Of a DNA stretch of 64,000 nt, positions 47,376 through 60,290 are shown one piece after another. A model generated the notes under the pieces. The model was not told where the DNA came from, ran no database searches, and saw only the letters and a list, made by a program, of their open reading frames with translations. Numbering within the stretch: position 1 is the stretch's first letter; each line of letters opens with the position of its first letter. The position numbers and the translations under genes are program-made. Source of the stretch: an uncultured beta proteobacterium (GTDB lineage: Bacteria > Pseudomonadota > Gammaproteobacteria > Burkholderiales > Burkholderiaceae_C); contig CAWIOH010000023.1 in assembly GCA_963837675.1 (NCBI GenBank), forward strand, positions 62,559 to 126,558, given 5' to 3'.

Positions 47376-48341
47376 GTGCCGCGGCTGCGGGTCCGTCGCG
47401 CCTTGACCCGCACCGCGCAGCCGGTGGTGCCTTGGCTGGCCTATGCCAGCCTGGGTGCGAGCATGGCCGTGGTCGGGCTGTATGTCGGGCTGTCGAAGCT
47501 GCTGCTGGCAGCCTTCCCGGTGTTCTTGCTGGCCTGGTTGCGTTTCGGCCTGGCGGCGCTGGCAATGGCGCATTGGGTGCGCCGCCGCGACGGCGACACG
47601 CCACTGTCCGGTCATGACCGCAAGCTGCTGTTCTGGGAGAGCTTTCTCGGCAACTTCCTGTTTTCGATCTGCATGCTCTTCGGCGTGGCGCTGACCTCGG
47701 CCGTGGCCGCGGGCGTGGTCATGGCGGCGATCCCGGCGGCGGTGGCGCTGCTGTCGCGCATCTTCCTCGGCGAACGCATCCGCGGCCGCGTGTCGCTGGC
47801 CATCGGCTGCGCCGTCGCCGGGATCGCCATGCTGGCGCTGGCCAAGGAATCCGCAGGCACGGCGCGCGGCACCGCCACTTATTGGGGCTATGCGCTGCTG
47901 CTGGGTGCGGTGTTGTGCGAAGCCAGCTACGTGGTCATCGGCAAAAGGCTGACCGGCAGTGTCTCGCCGCGTCGCATCAGCGCATTGATCAACCTGTGGG
48001 GGCTGGCGCTGGTGACACCTTTCGGCCTGTGGCAGGCATGGGGCTTCGACTTCGGCGCCATTGCGGCGCCCACCTGGGGCCTGCTGCTGTTCTATGCCAT
48101 CGCCGCCAGCATGTTGACGGTGTGGCTGTGGATGATGGGCCTGCGCCAAGTGCCCGCACCGCAGGCGGGAGTTTTCACGGTGATGTTGCCGATCAGCGCC
48201 GCGCTGGTGGGTGTGCTGTTCCTCGGCGAGGGCTTCGGGCCACTGCACCTGGTGGCCTTTGCCCTGGCCGTGGCGGGCCTGCTGTTGGCCACCTGGCCGC
48301 AAGGCGGCGTCAGGCGCGACGGATTGGCGCGCAGCGCCTGA
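47376..48341 (+). CDS. DMT/EamA-family transporter; start uncertain
   Basis: About 10 TM helices with duplicated LGE motifs. Confidence 0.85.
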   Translation: MPRLRVRRALTRTAQPVVPWLAYASLGASMAVVGLYVGLSKLLLAAFPVFLLAWLRFGLAALAMAHWVRRRDGDTPLSGHDRKLLFWESFLGNFLFSICMLFGVALTSAVAAGVVMAAIPAAVALLSRIFLGERIRGRVSLAIGCAVAGIAMLALAKESAGTARGTATYWGYALLLGAVLCEASYVVIGKRLTGSVSPRRISALINLWGLALVTPFGLWQAWGFDFGAIAAPTWGLLLFYAIAASMLTVWLWMMGLRQVPAPQAGVFTVMLPISAALVGVLFLGEGFGPLHLVAFALAVAGLLLATWPQGGVRRDGLARSA

Positions 48342-49412
48342 CTACGGCGTCATCGCCAGCGCCTGGTCGTCAGGCTGCGCGGCCAGCCGCGCCCGGCGCG
48401 CCCGGTTGGCGACTTCGGCCGGCGGCAGCGATTTCAGCCGATGATCCGACCACACCTGCCGCCACTTGCGCGCGCCTGGAGTGCCGTTCCACAGGCCCAA
48501 CATGTGACGGGCGGCGTGCATCCATGGCGTGTCTCGGGCCTGCAGCGCCTCCATGTAGTGCAGCATCGCGGCTTCGACGGCGTCGCGATCCGGGGGCGTG
48601 CCAGTCGGGCTGGCGCCGAGAAAGGCCGTGTCCCAACCCGCCATCGACCAGGGGTGGTGGTAGGCCTCGCGGCCGAGCATCACGCCATCCACATGGTGCA
48701 GCTGCTCGGCGATCGCGCCGTCACCGGCCACGCCGCCGTTGAGCACGATCGTCAACGCCGGGAACTCGCGCTTCAGACGGTGCACCGTGGCATGGCGCAA
48801 CGGCGGGACCTCGCGGTTGTCCTTGGGGCTGAGTCCGTCGAGCCAGGCATTGCGGGCATGCACGATGAAGACCTGGCAGCCCGCCGCAGCGACGATGCCG
48901 ACGAAGTCGCGCACGAAGGCAAAGTCTTCGTTGCGGTCGATGCCGATGCGGTGTTTCACAGTCACCGCCAGATCGCAGGCATCTCGCATCGCCTTCACGC
49001 CATCGGCCACCAACGCCGGCTCCGCCATCAGGCAGGCGCCAAAAGCGCCGCGCTGCACCCGGTCGCTGGGGCAGCCGCAGTTGAGATTGACCTCGTCGTA
49101 GCCCCAGGCCTGCGCCAGCCGCGCGCCGTGCGCCAGTTCGCGTGGATCGCTGCCGCCGAGTTGCAGCGCAAGCGGATGCTCCTCGGCATCGTGCTCGAGG
49201 TGGCGCGGCACCTCGCCGTGCAGCAAGGCGCCGGTGCTGACCATCTCGGTGTAAAGCCGTGCCCGTCGCGTGATCTGTCGGTGGAAGAAACGGCAATGCC
49301 GATCTGTCCAATCCATCATCGGCGCGACGCTTAGCCGCCACGGCGACACCGTCGAGGTCAGCGGCGCTTCGGGCACGGCAGCCGCCTGTGGAGCGTTGTC
49401 CGCCGCGTTCAA
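48342..49412 (-). CDS. dusA: tRNA dihydrouridine synthase A
   Basis: SVAPMMDWTDRHCR, NLNCGCPSDRV and VHARNAWL motifs. Confidence 0.94.
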   Translation of the reverse strand: MNAADNAPQAAAVPEAPLTSTVSPWRLSVAPMMDWTDRHCRFFHRQITRRARLYTEMVSTGALLHGEVPRHLEHDAEEHPLALQLGGSDPRELAHGARLAQAWGYDEVNLNCGCPSDRVQRGAFGACLMAEPALVADGVKAMRDACDLAVTVKHRIGIDRNEDFAFVRDFVGIVAAAGCQVFIVHARNAWLDGLSPKDNREVPPLRHATVHRLKREFPALTIVLNGGVAGDGAIAEQLHHVDGVMLGREAYHHPWSMAGWDTAFLGASPTGTPPDRDAVEAAMLHYMEALQARDTPWMHAARHMLGLWNGTPGARKWRQVWSDHRLKSLPPAEVANRARRARLAAQPDDQALAMTP

Positions 49413-49903
49413 ACGGCCTTGCGCGCCGCGGCCGGCCTCTTTGCCAGCGTTTTTTTCACGGCGGCCTTCTTGGCCACGGCCTTCGTCTTGGCCGGCTTCA
49501 GTTCGGCCAGTTTGCGACTGGCGGCGCGATTGACTTTAGCGGCCTTGACCTTGACCGCTTTCTTGACGGCGTCGATCTCGTGATCAGCGCTCTTCTTCAG
49601 CCCCGCGACCCGGGCCGATGCCGTCTTGCGCACCGCACCGATCTCGGCCTGCGCATGCTTCCTGGCATCGGCCAGCGTCTTCTCGACACTGCGCCTGGCC
49701 TTGCGCGCACTGGCTTCGATCCTGCGCTGCGTCTGCGCGCCGCTGCGGCTGACGTCGCGCTGCGTCTTCCTGACGCGCGCCGCGGCGGCATCGCCCAGCG
49801 CCTTGATCTTCTCGGCCAGCGCCTCGCCCAACTGGCGCGTCGCCTTCTTCAGATCCCTGGTGGCCTTGTCGAGGCTGCTTGAGTTGTTCTTACGGGTCGC
49901 CAT
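49409..49903 (-). CDS. Lys/Ala/Arg-rich histone-H1-like / phasin-like protein
   Basis: AAGGAG RBS; helical N-terminus and KAVAKKAAVKK-type tail; its stop overlaps the dusA TTG. Confidence 0.7.
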   Translation of the reverse strand: MATRKNNSSSLDKATRDLKKATRQLGEALAEKIKALGDAAAARVRKTQRDVSRSGAQTQRRIEASARKARRSVEKTLADARKHAQAEIGAVRKTASARVAGLKKSADHEIDAVKKAVKVKAAKVNRAASRKLAELKPAKTKAVAKKAAVKKTLAKRPAAARKAV

Positions 49904-49934
49904 GGAACTCCTTCGGAGGTGAGGACGGGCTGGC

Positions 49935-50816
49935 TCAGACGCGCGCCGCATTGCGGGCGATGCCCTCGGCCACGCGCGGGATCAGCGGCAACGGCATGTC
50001 GTGCCCCATGCCGGCAATGATGTCGGCTTCGGCTTCGGCAATCTTCTGCACCAGATCGTGCGCGGCATGCACGGGCACCAGCGGATCGGCCGCGCCGTGA
50101 ATCACGCGCGTCGGCGCCGTGATGTGACGCAGCAGCGGCGAGCGGTCGCCATCGGCCACCACCGCCAGCAGTTGTCGCGCCGTGCCGGCGGGGCGGTAGG
50201 CGCGCGCATACGACGCCTGCAATCGCTGGCGCAGCCGCTGCGGGTCGGGCGGGTAGGCAGGGCTGCCGATCACCGACAGCACGCGCGTCGTGTGCATCAT
50301 GTACGCCTCCGGATCGCCGGCGGGCGGCCGCGACAGCAGCGCCTGGCGCGCCGCCGGCCGGGCTTGCGGCAGGCCGCGTGCGCCCGAGGTGGTCATGATC
50401 AGCGTCAGGCTCTTCACGCGCGACGGGTGCTTGGCGGCAATGTGCTGCGCGATCATGCCGCCCATCGATGCGCCACAGACATGCGCGCGCTGGACGCCCA
50501 GTGCGTCAAGCACCCCCAGCGCGTCGGCCGCCATGTCGGCAATCTGGTACGGCGCACGCACGCGCAGGCGCAGGCGATGGCGCAGTGCCGCCACGGCGAC
50601 GTTGGGCACGCCCAGCTTGTCGAAGCCCTGGCTCAGGCCCACATCGCGGTTGTCGTGGCGGATGACGCGAAAGCCACGCGCAACCAGCATCTGCACCAGT
50701 TCGTCGGGCCAGCCGATCAACTGCATGCCCAGGCCCATGATCAGCAGCAGCGGCTCGCCCTGTTGCGGCCCCTGGACATCGACTTCGATCTGAATGCCGT
50801 TGGAGACGACCTGCAT
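49935..50816 (-). CDS. Alpha/beta hydrolase
   Basis: IMGLGMQL, DNRDVGLS, GASMGG and GMGHD motifs. Confidence 0.9.
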   Translation of the reverse strand: MQVVSNGIQIEVDVQGPQQGEPLLLIMGLGMQLIGWPDELVQMLVARGFRVIRHDNRDVGLSQGFDKLGVPNVAVAALRHRLRLRVRAPYQIADMAADALGVLDALGVQRAHVCGASMGGMIAQHIAAKHPSRVKSLTLIMTTSGARGLPQARPAARQALLSRPPAGDPEAYMMHTTRVLSVIGSPAYPPDPQRLRQRLQASYARAYRPAGTARQLLAVVADGDRSPLLRHITAPTRVIHGAADPLVPVHAAHDLVQKIAEAEADIIAGMGHDMPLPLIPRVAEGIARNAARV

Positions 50817-51607
50817 CAGTGGGCCTCGCGGTAGCGGCGGGCCCGCTCGCCACGGAAGAACCAGCGGTGCGCGGCGCGGGCATCGAAGCGCTGCCAATGC
50901 TTCGGGTCCTGGTGCAGCCGGTCGGCGATGACATACAGCGCCAGCGGGTTCACGCCCATGCCGATGTGGCTGGCCGACACCTCGATGTTCTCGGTATGGG
51001 CCGCGGCCTCGTTCAGGCTGCAACGCCAATCGACGACGCCGTCGGTGCGGCTGTAGATCGACGTGGTGGGCACGTTGGGCGTCTGGCTCAGACGGGCGGC
51101 ATGCTCGGGGTCGTAGGGTCGCGCACCGTTGATGCGTTCATAGGCGCGCGCCGCGTTGTTCGCACGCGGGTGGCCGGTGAAGGGCGAGCCCAGCGTGATG
51201 ACGCAGCGCGTCTGCGCTTCGAGCTGCTTGGCGATCTCCCGCGCATAGACACCACCCAGGCTCCAGCCGACCAGGCTGACGGCCGCGCCATGGCGTTCGG
51301 CCAACCGTAGCACCAGCGCACTGCAGGCCTCGCGCACACCGCCGCTGGGGCCGTGGTTGGTGCCCAGACCCCAGCCATAGGGCGTGTAGCCGCGCGCCCG
51401 CAGAAAGCGGCGCATAGGCTCGGTGCTGAGATCCGAAGCCTGGAAACCGGGCAGCACGACCACCGGATGACCATCGCCCTGCGGGCCACGCGTCAGCCAG
51501 GGCATCGCTGCCCAGGCGGCGGCATATTCCCAGGGTGCGCGGGCTTCGAGCAACATCAGCCAGGGGCTGGGGGGGCGCGCTTCGAGGCCTTGGTTTGCGG
51601 TGGACAT
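50816..51607 (-). CDS. Alpha/beta hydrolase (esterase/lipase-like)
   Basis: GWSLGG, ITLGSP, YSRTDGVV and SHIGM motifs. Confidence 0.88.
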   Translation of the reverse strand: MSTANQGLEARPPSPWLMLLEARAPWEYAAAWAAMPWLTRGPQGDGHPVVVLPGFQASDLSTEPMRRFLRARGYTPYGWGLGTNHGPSGGVREACSALVLRLAERHGAAVSLVGWSLGGVYAREIAKQLEAQTRCVITLGSPFTGHPRANNAARAYERINGARPYDPEHAARLSQTPNVPTTSIYSRTDGVVDWRCSLNEAAAHTENIEVSASHIGMGVNPLALYVIADRLHQDPKHWQRFDARAAHRWFFRGERARRYREAH

Positions 51608-51747
51608 GGGCGTTGGCGCCGGTGTGACGCGTGGCTTCGATGAGCCTCATGTTAGCCCGTTGCGGCGCGTTTCAAGGGGATGGAGAGCCACTGTCGCGCC
51701 GGCGACAGATCGGCTGCATCGGCCAGGATGACGATGAGGTGCCTGGG

Positions 51748-52647
51748 CTAGCGGATCGCCGGCTGCGCGGCTCGCCGCAGCGACAAGGCCTCATTCGTGC
51801 CCAGCGCCGCCAGCACCAGCGCACCGCCTCCCAGCACGGCGGTGGTCGGCGCCTCGCTGCTGCCCAGCCAGACCCAAGCGACGCCGAACACCACCTCCAG
51901 CAGCGCCAGCAGCGAGATCTCGGGCGCGCTGAGCACCCTGGCCAGGCGCACCGCCAGCAGGCAAGGGATGGCCAATTGCACCACGCCCAGCAGGCCCAGC
52001 AGCGTCAGGTCGTGCGTCGTGGCGGCAAAGGGCAGCGACAGCGGCAACGTGATCGCCGCCGACAGCACCGCGCCCAGCAGCACGGGCGACAGCATGTCGG
52101 GCATGGCGTTGCCGTGGCGCGATTGCAGGTGCTGCAGCAGCGTCCAGTTGATCGCGGCGGCGATCGGCACGCACAAAGCCACGGCGGTGCCGACAAGATG
52201 GCGCGCCTCGGCACCGGCCAGCCCGGCGCCATACATCCAGGCGATGCCGACGCCGGCCACGACGATTGCCAGCCAGGTGCGCAGCGGCAGCCGGAAGCCC
52301 AGCGCGGCGCGCGCCACCAGCGCCGTGAGCAGCGGCGCCAGGGCCATCGTCACCAGCACATTGGCCACGTCGGTGAGTGTGATGGCCACCATGAATGCGG
52401 TGTACATCACCGCCCAGCAGGCGGCCGACAGCCACAGGGCGCGCCCACCGCCGCGCAGAGTGCGCCAGAGCAGCGCCGGGCCGCGAATCCAGCCCAGCAT
52501 CAACGTCAGCGCCAAAGCGTTGAACAGGCTGCGCCAGAAAGTGACCTCGAAGCCGGCCGCGCTATCGAGATGGCGCGTGACGATGCCGGCGATGCTCCAC
52601 ATCAGCGTCACGGCGAGCATCAACAGCACCGCGCGGCGATGCGACAT
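51748..52647 (-). CDS. DMT/EamA-family transporter
   Basis: About 10 TM helices with two EamA repeats. Confidence 0.88.
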   Translation of the reverse strand: MSHRRAVLLMLAVTLMWSIAGIVTRHLDSAAGFEVTFWRSLFNALALTLMLGWIRGPALLWRTLRGGGRALWLSAACWAVMYTAFMVAITLTDVANVLVTMALAPLLTALVARAALGFRLPLRTWLAIVVAGVGIAWMYGAGLAGAEARHLVGTAVALCVPIAAAINWTLLQHLQSRHGNAMPDMLSPVLLGAVLSAAITLPLSLPFAATTHDLTLLGLLGVVQLAIPCLLAVRLARVLSAPEISLLALLEVVFGVAWVWLGSSEAPTTAVLGGGALVLAALGTNEALSLRRAAQPAIR

Positions 52648-52661
52648 GAGCGGGTCCAGAT

Positions 52662-54479
<1,818 letters not shown>

Positions 54480-54490
54480 GTGTCGGGCTT

Positions 54491-55448
54491 TCAGAGCAAG
54501 CCTGCGACTTCGGCGGGCGAGAGCAGGCGGTCGGCGATCAGTTCGCCGCCCGCGATGTGGGCGCTGCCCAGGAAGACGCTCGGCCTTGCTGCCTTGGGTC
54601 GGCGGCGGTGGGCCGTAGACGCGCACCGCCGGGGCGTCGGCCAGCGCAACGCGACGGCGCAGGCCGGTCAGGAAGCGGCCGGCCTCGTCGTCGGCCAAGT
54701 GCACCTGCGGCCAGTCGGCCAGCAGCGCATCGGTCGGGCGCAGCAGCGCATCGCGCTCGGGCTCGCTGAGGGCGCCGAGTTGCTCCAGCGTGACGGCATC
54801 CGCCAGGTCGAGCGCGCCGCTGCGCGGTGCGGCGCAGCGCGCTCAGGTGCGCGCCGCAGCCCAGCGCCTCGCCGATGTCTTCGGCCAGCGTGCGGATGTA
54901 GGTGCCCTTGCTGCAGCGGACGTCGAGCGTCAGCGCTCGTCCTGCCAATCGACGATGTCGATGACGACGTGAATGCACCCGGCGCGCCGTCGCGTTCGAT
55001 CTCGATGCCTGCGCGGGCATAGTCGTACAGCGCCCTGCCCTCGTGCTTCAGCGCCGAATGCATCGGCGGCAGCTGCTCGATTTCGCCGGTGAAGTGCGCC
55101 AGCGCCGCATCGATCGCTGCGCGATCGACACCGTACCGGTCGCTCGATTCGATCACCTCGCCTTCGGCATCGCCGGTGTTCGTGCGTTGGCCCAATCGCA
55201 GCGTGGCGCGGTAGCTCTTGTCGGCGTCCAGGCTGACCTGCGAGAACTTCGTCGCGGCGCCGAAGCACAGCGGCAGCAGGCCTGTGGCCAGCGGGTCGAG
55301 CGTGCCGGTATGGCCGGCCTTCTCGGCGCGGTACAGCCGCTTGGCCTTCTGCAAGGCGTCGTTGCTGCTCAGGCCCAGCGGCTTGTCGAGCAGCAGCACG
55401 CCGTGCACGGCACGGCGCATGATCGCGCTGTCGCGGCAGGATGTTCAC
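54491..55448 (-). CDS. truB: tRNA pseudouridine-55 synthase (apparent frameshifts)
   Basis: [20 protein letters not shown] and [10 protein letters not shown] motifs across frames. Confidence 0.93.
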
Positions 55449-55813
55449 TCGTCGTCCTTCGCCCGGTTCGCATTTGCCTGGGCGATCAGCGCACTGAGCT
55501 CGGCAGCGCGCTCGGTGCTGCGGTCGAAGTGGAAGTGCAGCGTCGGCACGGTGTGGATCTGCAGCTTCTTGAACAGGCTGTTGCGTAGGAAGCCGGCCGC
55601 CTCGTTCAACGCGGCCTCGCATTCGGCCAGGTCCCCGGTCAGCAGCGAAAAGAAGACCTTCGCGTGGGCGTAGTCGGGCGTGACCTCGACCGCGTTGATC
55701 GTGACCATGCCGATGCGTGGGTCCTTCAGCTCGCGCACAGCTACGGCCACATCGCGCTGGATCTGGTCGGCGATGCGGAAGCCGCGGTTGGGGATGGATC
55801 GCTTGTGTCGCAT
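55445..55813 (-). CDS. rbfA: Ribosome-binding factor A
   Basis: [28 protein letters not shown]. Confidence 0.95.
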   Translation of the reverse strand: MRHKRSIPNRGFRIADQIQRDVAVAVRELKDPRIGMVTINAVEVTPDYAHAKVFFSLLTGDLAECEAALNEAAGFLRNSLFKKLQIHTVPTLHFHFDRSTERAAELSALIAQANANRAKDDE

Positions 55814-55847
55814 GTTGAAAGTGATCTGGACGGGGGCTCCTTCAAAC

Positions 55848-55886
55848 GACAAACCCCGCCTTCGTCGCGGAAGGCGGGGTCTGTCA
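55848..55886 (-). terminator. Hairpin/terminator between infB and rbfA
   Basis: 16-bp near-perfect stem GACAAACCCCGCCTTC/GAAGGCGGGGTCTGTC followed by GTTT on the minus strand. Confidence 0.65.
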
Positions 55887-55903
55887 TCAGACGCGCGCCG
55901 CCG

Positions 55904-58741
55904 CTAGAGGGTCCGGGCGACTTCCTTGACCTCGAAGAACTCCAACTGGTCGCCTTCGGCAATGTCGTTGTAGTTCTTCATCTTGACGCCGCACTCGAAG
56001 CCCTCCTTGACCTCGCGCACGTCTTCCTTCATGCGCCGCACGCTGTCGACCTCGCCGGTGTAGACGATGACGTTGTCGCGCAGGATGCGCAACCGCGCGC
56101 CGCGGCGCACCAGGCCGGCGGTGACCATGCAGCCGGCCACCGTGCCGATCTTCAGGCCACGAACATGGTGCGGATCTCGGCCGTGCCGATGATCTCTTCG
56201 CGCTGCTCGGGTGCGAGCATGCCGGTCATCGCCGCCTTGATCTCGTCCACCGCGTCGTAGATGATGGTGTAGTAGCGCAGATCGACGCCGTTGCCTTCGG
56301 CCAGCTTGCGCGCACCGGCATCGGCGCGCACGTTGAAGCCGATGATCACCGCCTTCGAGGCGATGGCCAGGTTGACGTCGCTTTCGCTGATGCCGCCCAC
56401 CGCCGAGTGCACGATCTGGATCTTGACCTCGTCGGTGGAAAGCTTCGACAAGGCCTGGGCCAGCGCTTCCTGCGAACCCTGCACGTCGGCCTTGACGATC
56501 AAAGGCAGCATCTGCGCTTGGCCGTCGCCCATGGTCTCGAACATGTTCTCCAGCTTGGCGGCCTGCTTCTTCGCCAGCTTGACGTCACGGTACTTGCCCT
56601 GGCGGAAGGTGGCGATCTCGCGAGCACGACGCTCGTCGCCGAGCACCATGAAGTCGTCGCCGGCCTGCGGCACTTCCGTCAAGCCCTGGATTTCGACCGG
56701 GATCGACGGCCCTGCCTCGTCGGACGGACTGCCGGTCTCGTCGAGCATGGCACGAACCCGGCCATAGCTCGAACCCGGCCAGCACCACGTCGCCCTTCTT
56801 CAGCGTGCCGCTCTGCACCAGCACGGTGGCCACCGGACCGCGACCCTTGTCCAGCCGCGCTTCGATGACGATGCCCTTGGCCATCGCGTCGGCCGGCGCT
56901 TTCAACTCCAGCACCTCGGCCTGCAGCAGCACCTGTTCGAGCAGGTCGTCGATACCCTGCCCGGTCTTGGCCGACACCGCCACGAAGGGCGAGTCGCCGC
57001 CGAAGTCCTCCGGCACGACCTGTTCGGCCACCAGTTCGCTCTTCACGCGCTCGACGTTCGCTTCGGGCTTGTCGATCTTGTTCATGGCCACGATGATCGG
57101 CACGCCCGCCGCCTTGGCATGGCTGATGGCCTCCTTGGTCTGCGGCATGACGCCGTCGTCGGCGGCCACCACCAGGATCACCAGGTCAGTGGCCTTGGCG
57201 CCGCGCGCACGCATCGCCGTGAAGGCGGCGTGGCCGGGAGTGTCGAGGAAGGTGATCATGCCGCGCGGCGTTTCCACGTGGTACGCACCGATGTGCTGCG
57301 TGATGCCGCCAGCCTCGCCCGAGGCCACGCGCGTGGTGCGGATGTGGTCGAGCAGCGAGGTCTTGCCGTGGTCGACGTGGCCCATCACCGTGACCACCGG
57401 GGCGCGCGGCTGTTCGTCGCCGGTGGTGGCGGCTTCTTCTTCCTCCAGGAAGGCTTCGGGATCGTCGAGCTTGGCGGCCACCGCCTTGTGGCCCATTTCC
57501 TCGACCAGGATCATGGCTGTTTCCTGGTCCAGCTGCTGGTTGATGGTGACCATCTGGCCCAACTTCATCAGCTGCTTGATCAGTTCACTGGCCTTGACCG
57601 ACATCTTGTGCGCCAGGTCGGCGACGCTGATGGTCTCGGGCACATGCACTTCCTGGGCGACGAATTCGGCCGGCGCGACATAGCCGTTGCCCGAGCCTTC
57701 GCGCGCATCGCCACCGCGGCGCGAGCCGCGCGGCGCGCGCCAGCCCGGGCGGCCCGAGGCACCGCCGTCACCGCGCGGCTTGAGCGCGCGCTTCTTCGCG
57801 GCATCGTCGGCCCAGCTGGAGGAAAGCTTCTCGGACTTGAGCGCCTTCTTGTCGCCCGGCTTCGCGACGGTGGCGCCGGCCCCCGGCGCCGTCTTGGGCT
57901 TGTGGATCGTGCCGGTGATGGCTTCCTTGCCCTGCTCGCCCGGCTTGGGCTCGGGCGGCTTGGCCACCATCACGGTCTTCGGCCGGTTCATCATCTCGCG
58001 GATGGCCGCGGCTTCCGATTCGGCGGCCTTGCGCCGCTGGTCCAGATCCGCCTGCCGCTTCTTGTCCTCGGCCTCGATGGTCGAGGCCTTGATGACACGC
58101 AGCGCGGGCTTCGGCGCTTCGGCGGCTGGCGCGGCGACGGGCTCGCTGGCAGGTGCCGCCTCGGCCACCTTGTCGTCCTTCTTCGCCTTGCCCTTCGGCG
58201 ATGTGTTGGCGGATGCAGCCGCGGCTTCGGCGGCGGCCGCCTCTTCGCGCGCCTTGGCCATGGCAGCTTCGCGCTCGGCGCGCTCCTGCTCTTCGCGCAC
58301 ACGGCGGCGCTCGGCCAGCTCGGCTTCCTGCGCACGCAGCGCTTCGGCCTGGGCCTGGGCTTCGGCTTCGCGCCGCACGAGCTCGGCCTGCTCGGCTTCT
58401 GCCGCAGCCGCTGCGGCGGCTTCGTCGACGCCTGAGGCATCGTCGCGTTTGACGAAGACACGCTTCTTGCGCACCTCGACCTGGATCGTGCGCGCCTTGC
58501 CGCTGGCATCCGCCTGCTTGATCTCGCTGGTGGACTTGCGCACCAGCGTGATCTTCTTGCGCTCGCCGCCGGCGGTGCCGTGCGCGCTGCGCAGGAACTC
58601 CAGCAACCGCTCCTTGTCTGTTTCGGTCAGCGCGTCGTCGGTGGACTTCTTCGCGACGCCGGCCGACAGCAACTGCTCGAGCAGCGCGGCAGCGGGGCGG
58701 TTCAGCTCCGTGGCGAACTGGGCGACGGTGGTCACGGCCAT
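55904..58741 (-). CDS. infB: Translation initiation factor IF-2 (two apparent frameshifts)
   Basis: [24 protein letters not shown] and GFECG motifs. Confidence 0.97.
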
Positions 58742-58811
58742 TGGCGGGTTTCCTTCAGTACAGCTTGCAATGCAGCATCGGGGGCGGGCGATGAATCGGT
58801 GGACCGGCAGC

Positions 58812-60290
58812 TCAAGCCGTGAACCAATGTTCGCGCGCCTTCATGATCAGGGTCTTGGCACGTTCTTCATCGATGGACGTCATCTCGGTCAACTCGTCCA
58901 CTGCCAGATCGGCCAGGTCGTCGCGCGTGTGGATACCGGCATCCGACAGCTTGCCGATCAGCTCCGGCGTCATGTCTTCCAGGTCACGCAGGTCCTGCGA
59001 AACGTCATCGACCTGTTCTTCGCGGACGATCTCCATCGTCAGCAGCGCGTCCTTGGCACGGGTGCGCAGCTCGTTGATGGTGTCTTCGTCGAAGGACTCG
59101 ATTTCCAGCATCTCCTGCAGCGGCACGTAGGCCACTTCCTCCAGGCTGGTGAAGCCCTCGGCGATGAGGATGTCGGCGACTTCGACATCGACGTCGAGCT
59201 TGTCGACGAACAGGTTGCGCACCGAGTCGCTCTCCTCGCTTTGCTTGGCCTGCGATTCCTCGGCGGTCATGATGTTGATGCGCCAGCCGGTGAGTTCCGA
59301 GGCCAGGCGCACGTTCTGCCCTTCGCGTCCGATGGCGATCGCCAGATTCTCCTCGTCCACCACCACGTCCATCGCGTGCTTCTCCTCGTCGACGACGATC
59401 GACTGCACGTTGGCCGGCGCCAGCGCGCCGATGACGAATTGCGCCGGGTCCTCCGACCACAGCACGATGTCAACGCGCTCGCCGGCGAGTTCGTTGGTCA
59501 CGCCGTTGACGCGCGAGCCGCGCACACCTACGCAGGTGCCGATCGGATCGACGCGCCGGTCGTGCGACACGACGGCGATCTTGGCGCGCATGCCGGGGTG
59601 GCGGGCGCAGCTCTTGATCTCCAGCAGGCCCTGCTCGATCTCGGGCACCTCCTGACGGAACAGTTCCATCATGAAACCTGGGCTGGAGCGCGACAGCATG
59701 ATCTGCGCGCCGCGCTGCGTCGGGTCGATGCCGGCAATGAAGGCGCGCACGCGGTCGCCGGTGCGCAGGTTCTCTTTCGGGATCATCTCGCTGCGCTTCA
59801 GCCGGCCCTCGACGCGGCCCGACTCGACGATGATGTCGCCCTTGTCCAGCCGCTTGACCGTGCCGACGAAGATCTTCTCGCCGCGCGACAGGAAATCGTT
59901 CAGCAGTTGCTCACGCTCGGCATCGCGGATCTTCTGCAGGATGACCTGCTTGGCGGCTTGCGCACCGATGCGACCGATGGGCACCGAGTCGATTGGCTGC
60001 TCGATGTAGTCATCGACCTCGATGTCCGGAATCTGCTCCTGCGCTTCGAACAGCAGCGTCTCGGCGTCTGGAATCTGCAGCCCGGCTTCGTTGGGCACCA
60101 CATGCCAGCGGCGGAAGGTTTCGTATTCGCCGCTGTCGCGATCGACCGCCACGCGGATGTCGACTTCGCCACCATGCAGCTTCTTGGTGGCCGACGCCAG
60201 CGCCGATTCGACCGCCTCGAAAACGACTTCGAGCTCCACGCTCTTCTCGCGCGAGATGGCATCGACCAACATCAGCATTTCGCGATTCAT
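58812..60290 (-). CDS. nusA: Transcription factor NusA
   Basis: [26 protein letters not shown] and [13 protein letters not shown] motifs. Confidence 0.96.
   Translation of the reverse strand: MNREMLMLVDAISREKSVELEVVFEAVESALASATKKLHGGEVDIRVAVDRDSGEYETFRRWHVVPNEAGLQIPDAETLLFEAQEQIPDIEVDDYIEQPIDSVPIGRIGAQAAKQVILQKIRDAEREQLLNDFLSRGEKIFVGTVKRLDKGDIIVESGRVEGRLKRSEMIPKENLRTGDRVRAFIAGIDPTQRGAQIMLSRSSPGFMMELFRQEVPEIEQGLLEIKSCARHPGMRAKIAVVSHDRRVDPIGTCVGVRGSRVNGVTNELAGERVDIVLWSEDPAQFVIGALAPANVQSIVVDEEKHAMDVVVDEENLAIAIGREGQNVRLASELTGWRINIMTAEESQAKQSEESDSVRNLFVDKLDVDVEVADILIAEGFTSLEEVAYVPLQEMLEIESFDEDTINELRTRAKDALLTMEIVREEQVDDVSQDLRDLEDMTPELIGKLSDAGIHTRDDLADLAVDELTEMTSIDEERAKTLIMKAREHWFTA

Noticed and set aside
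48342-49412. dusA-associated integrative element
   Set aside because: dusA is intact and there is no adjacent integrase or duplicated dusA fragment.
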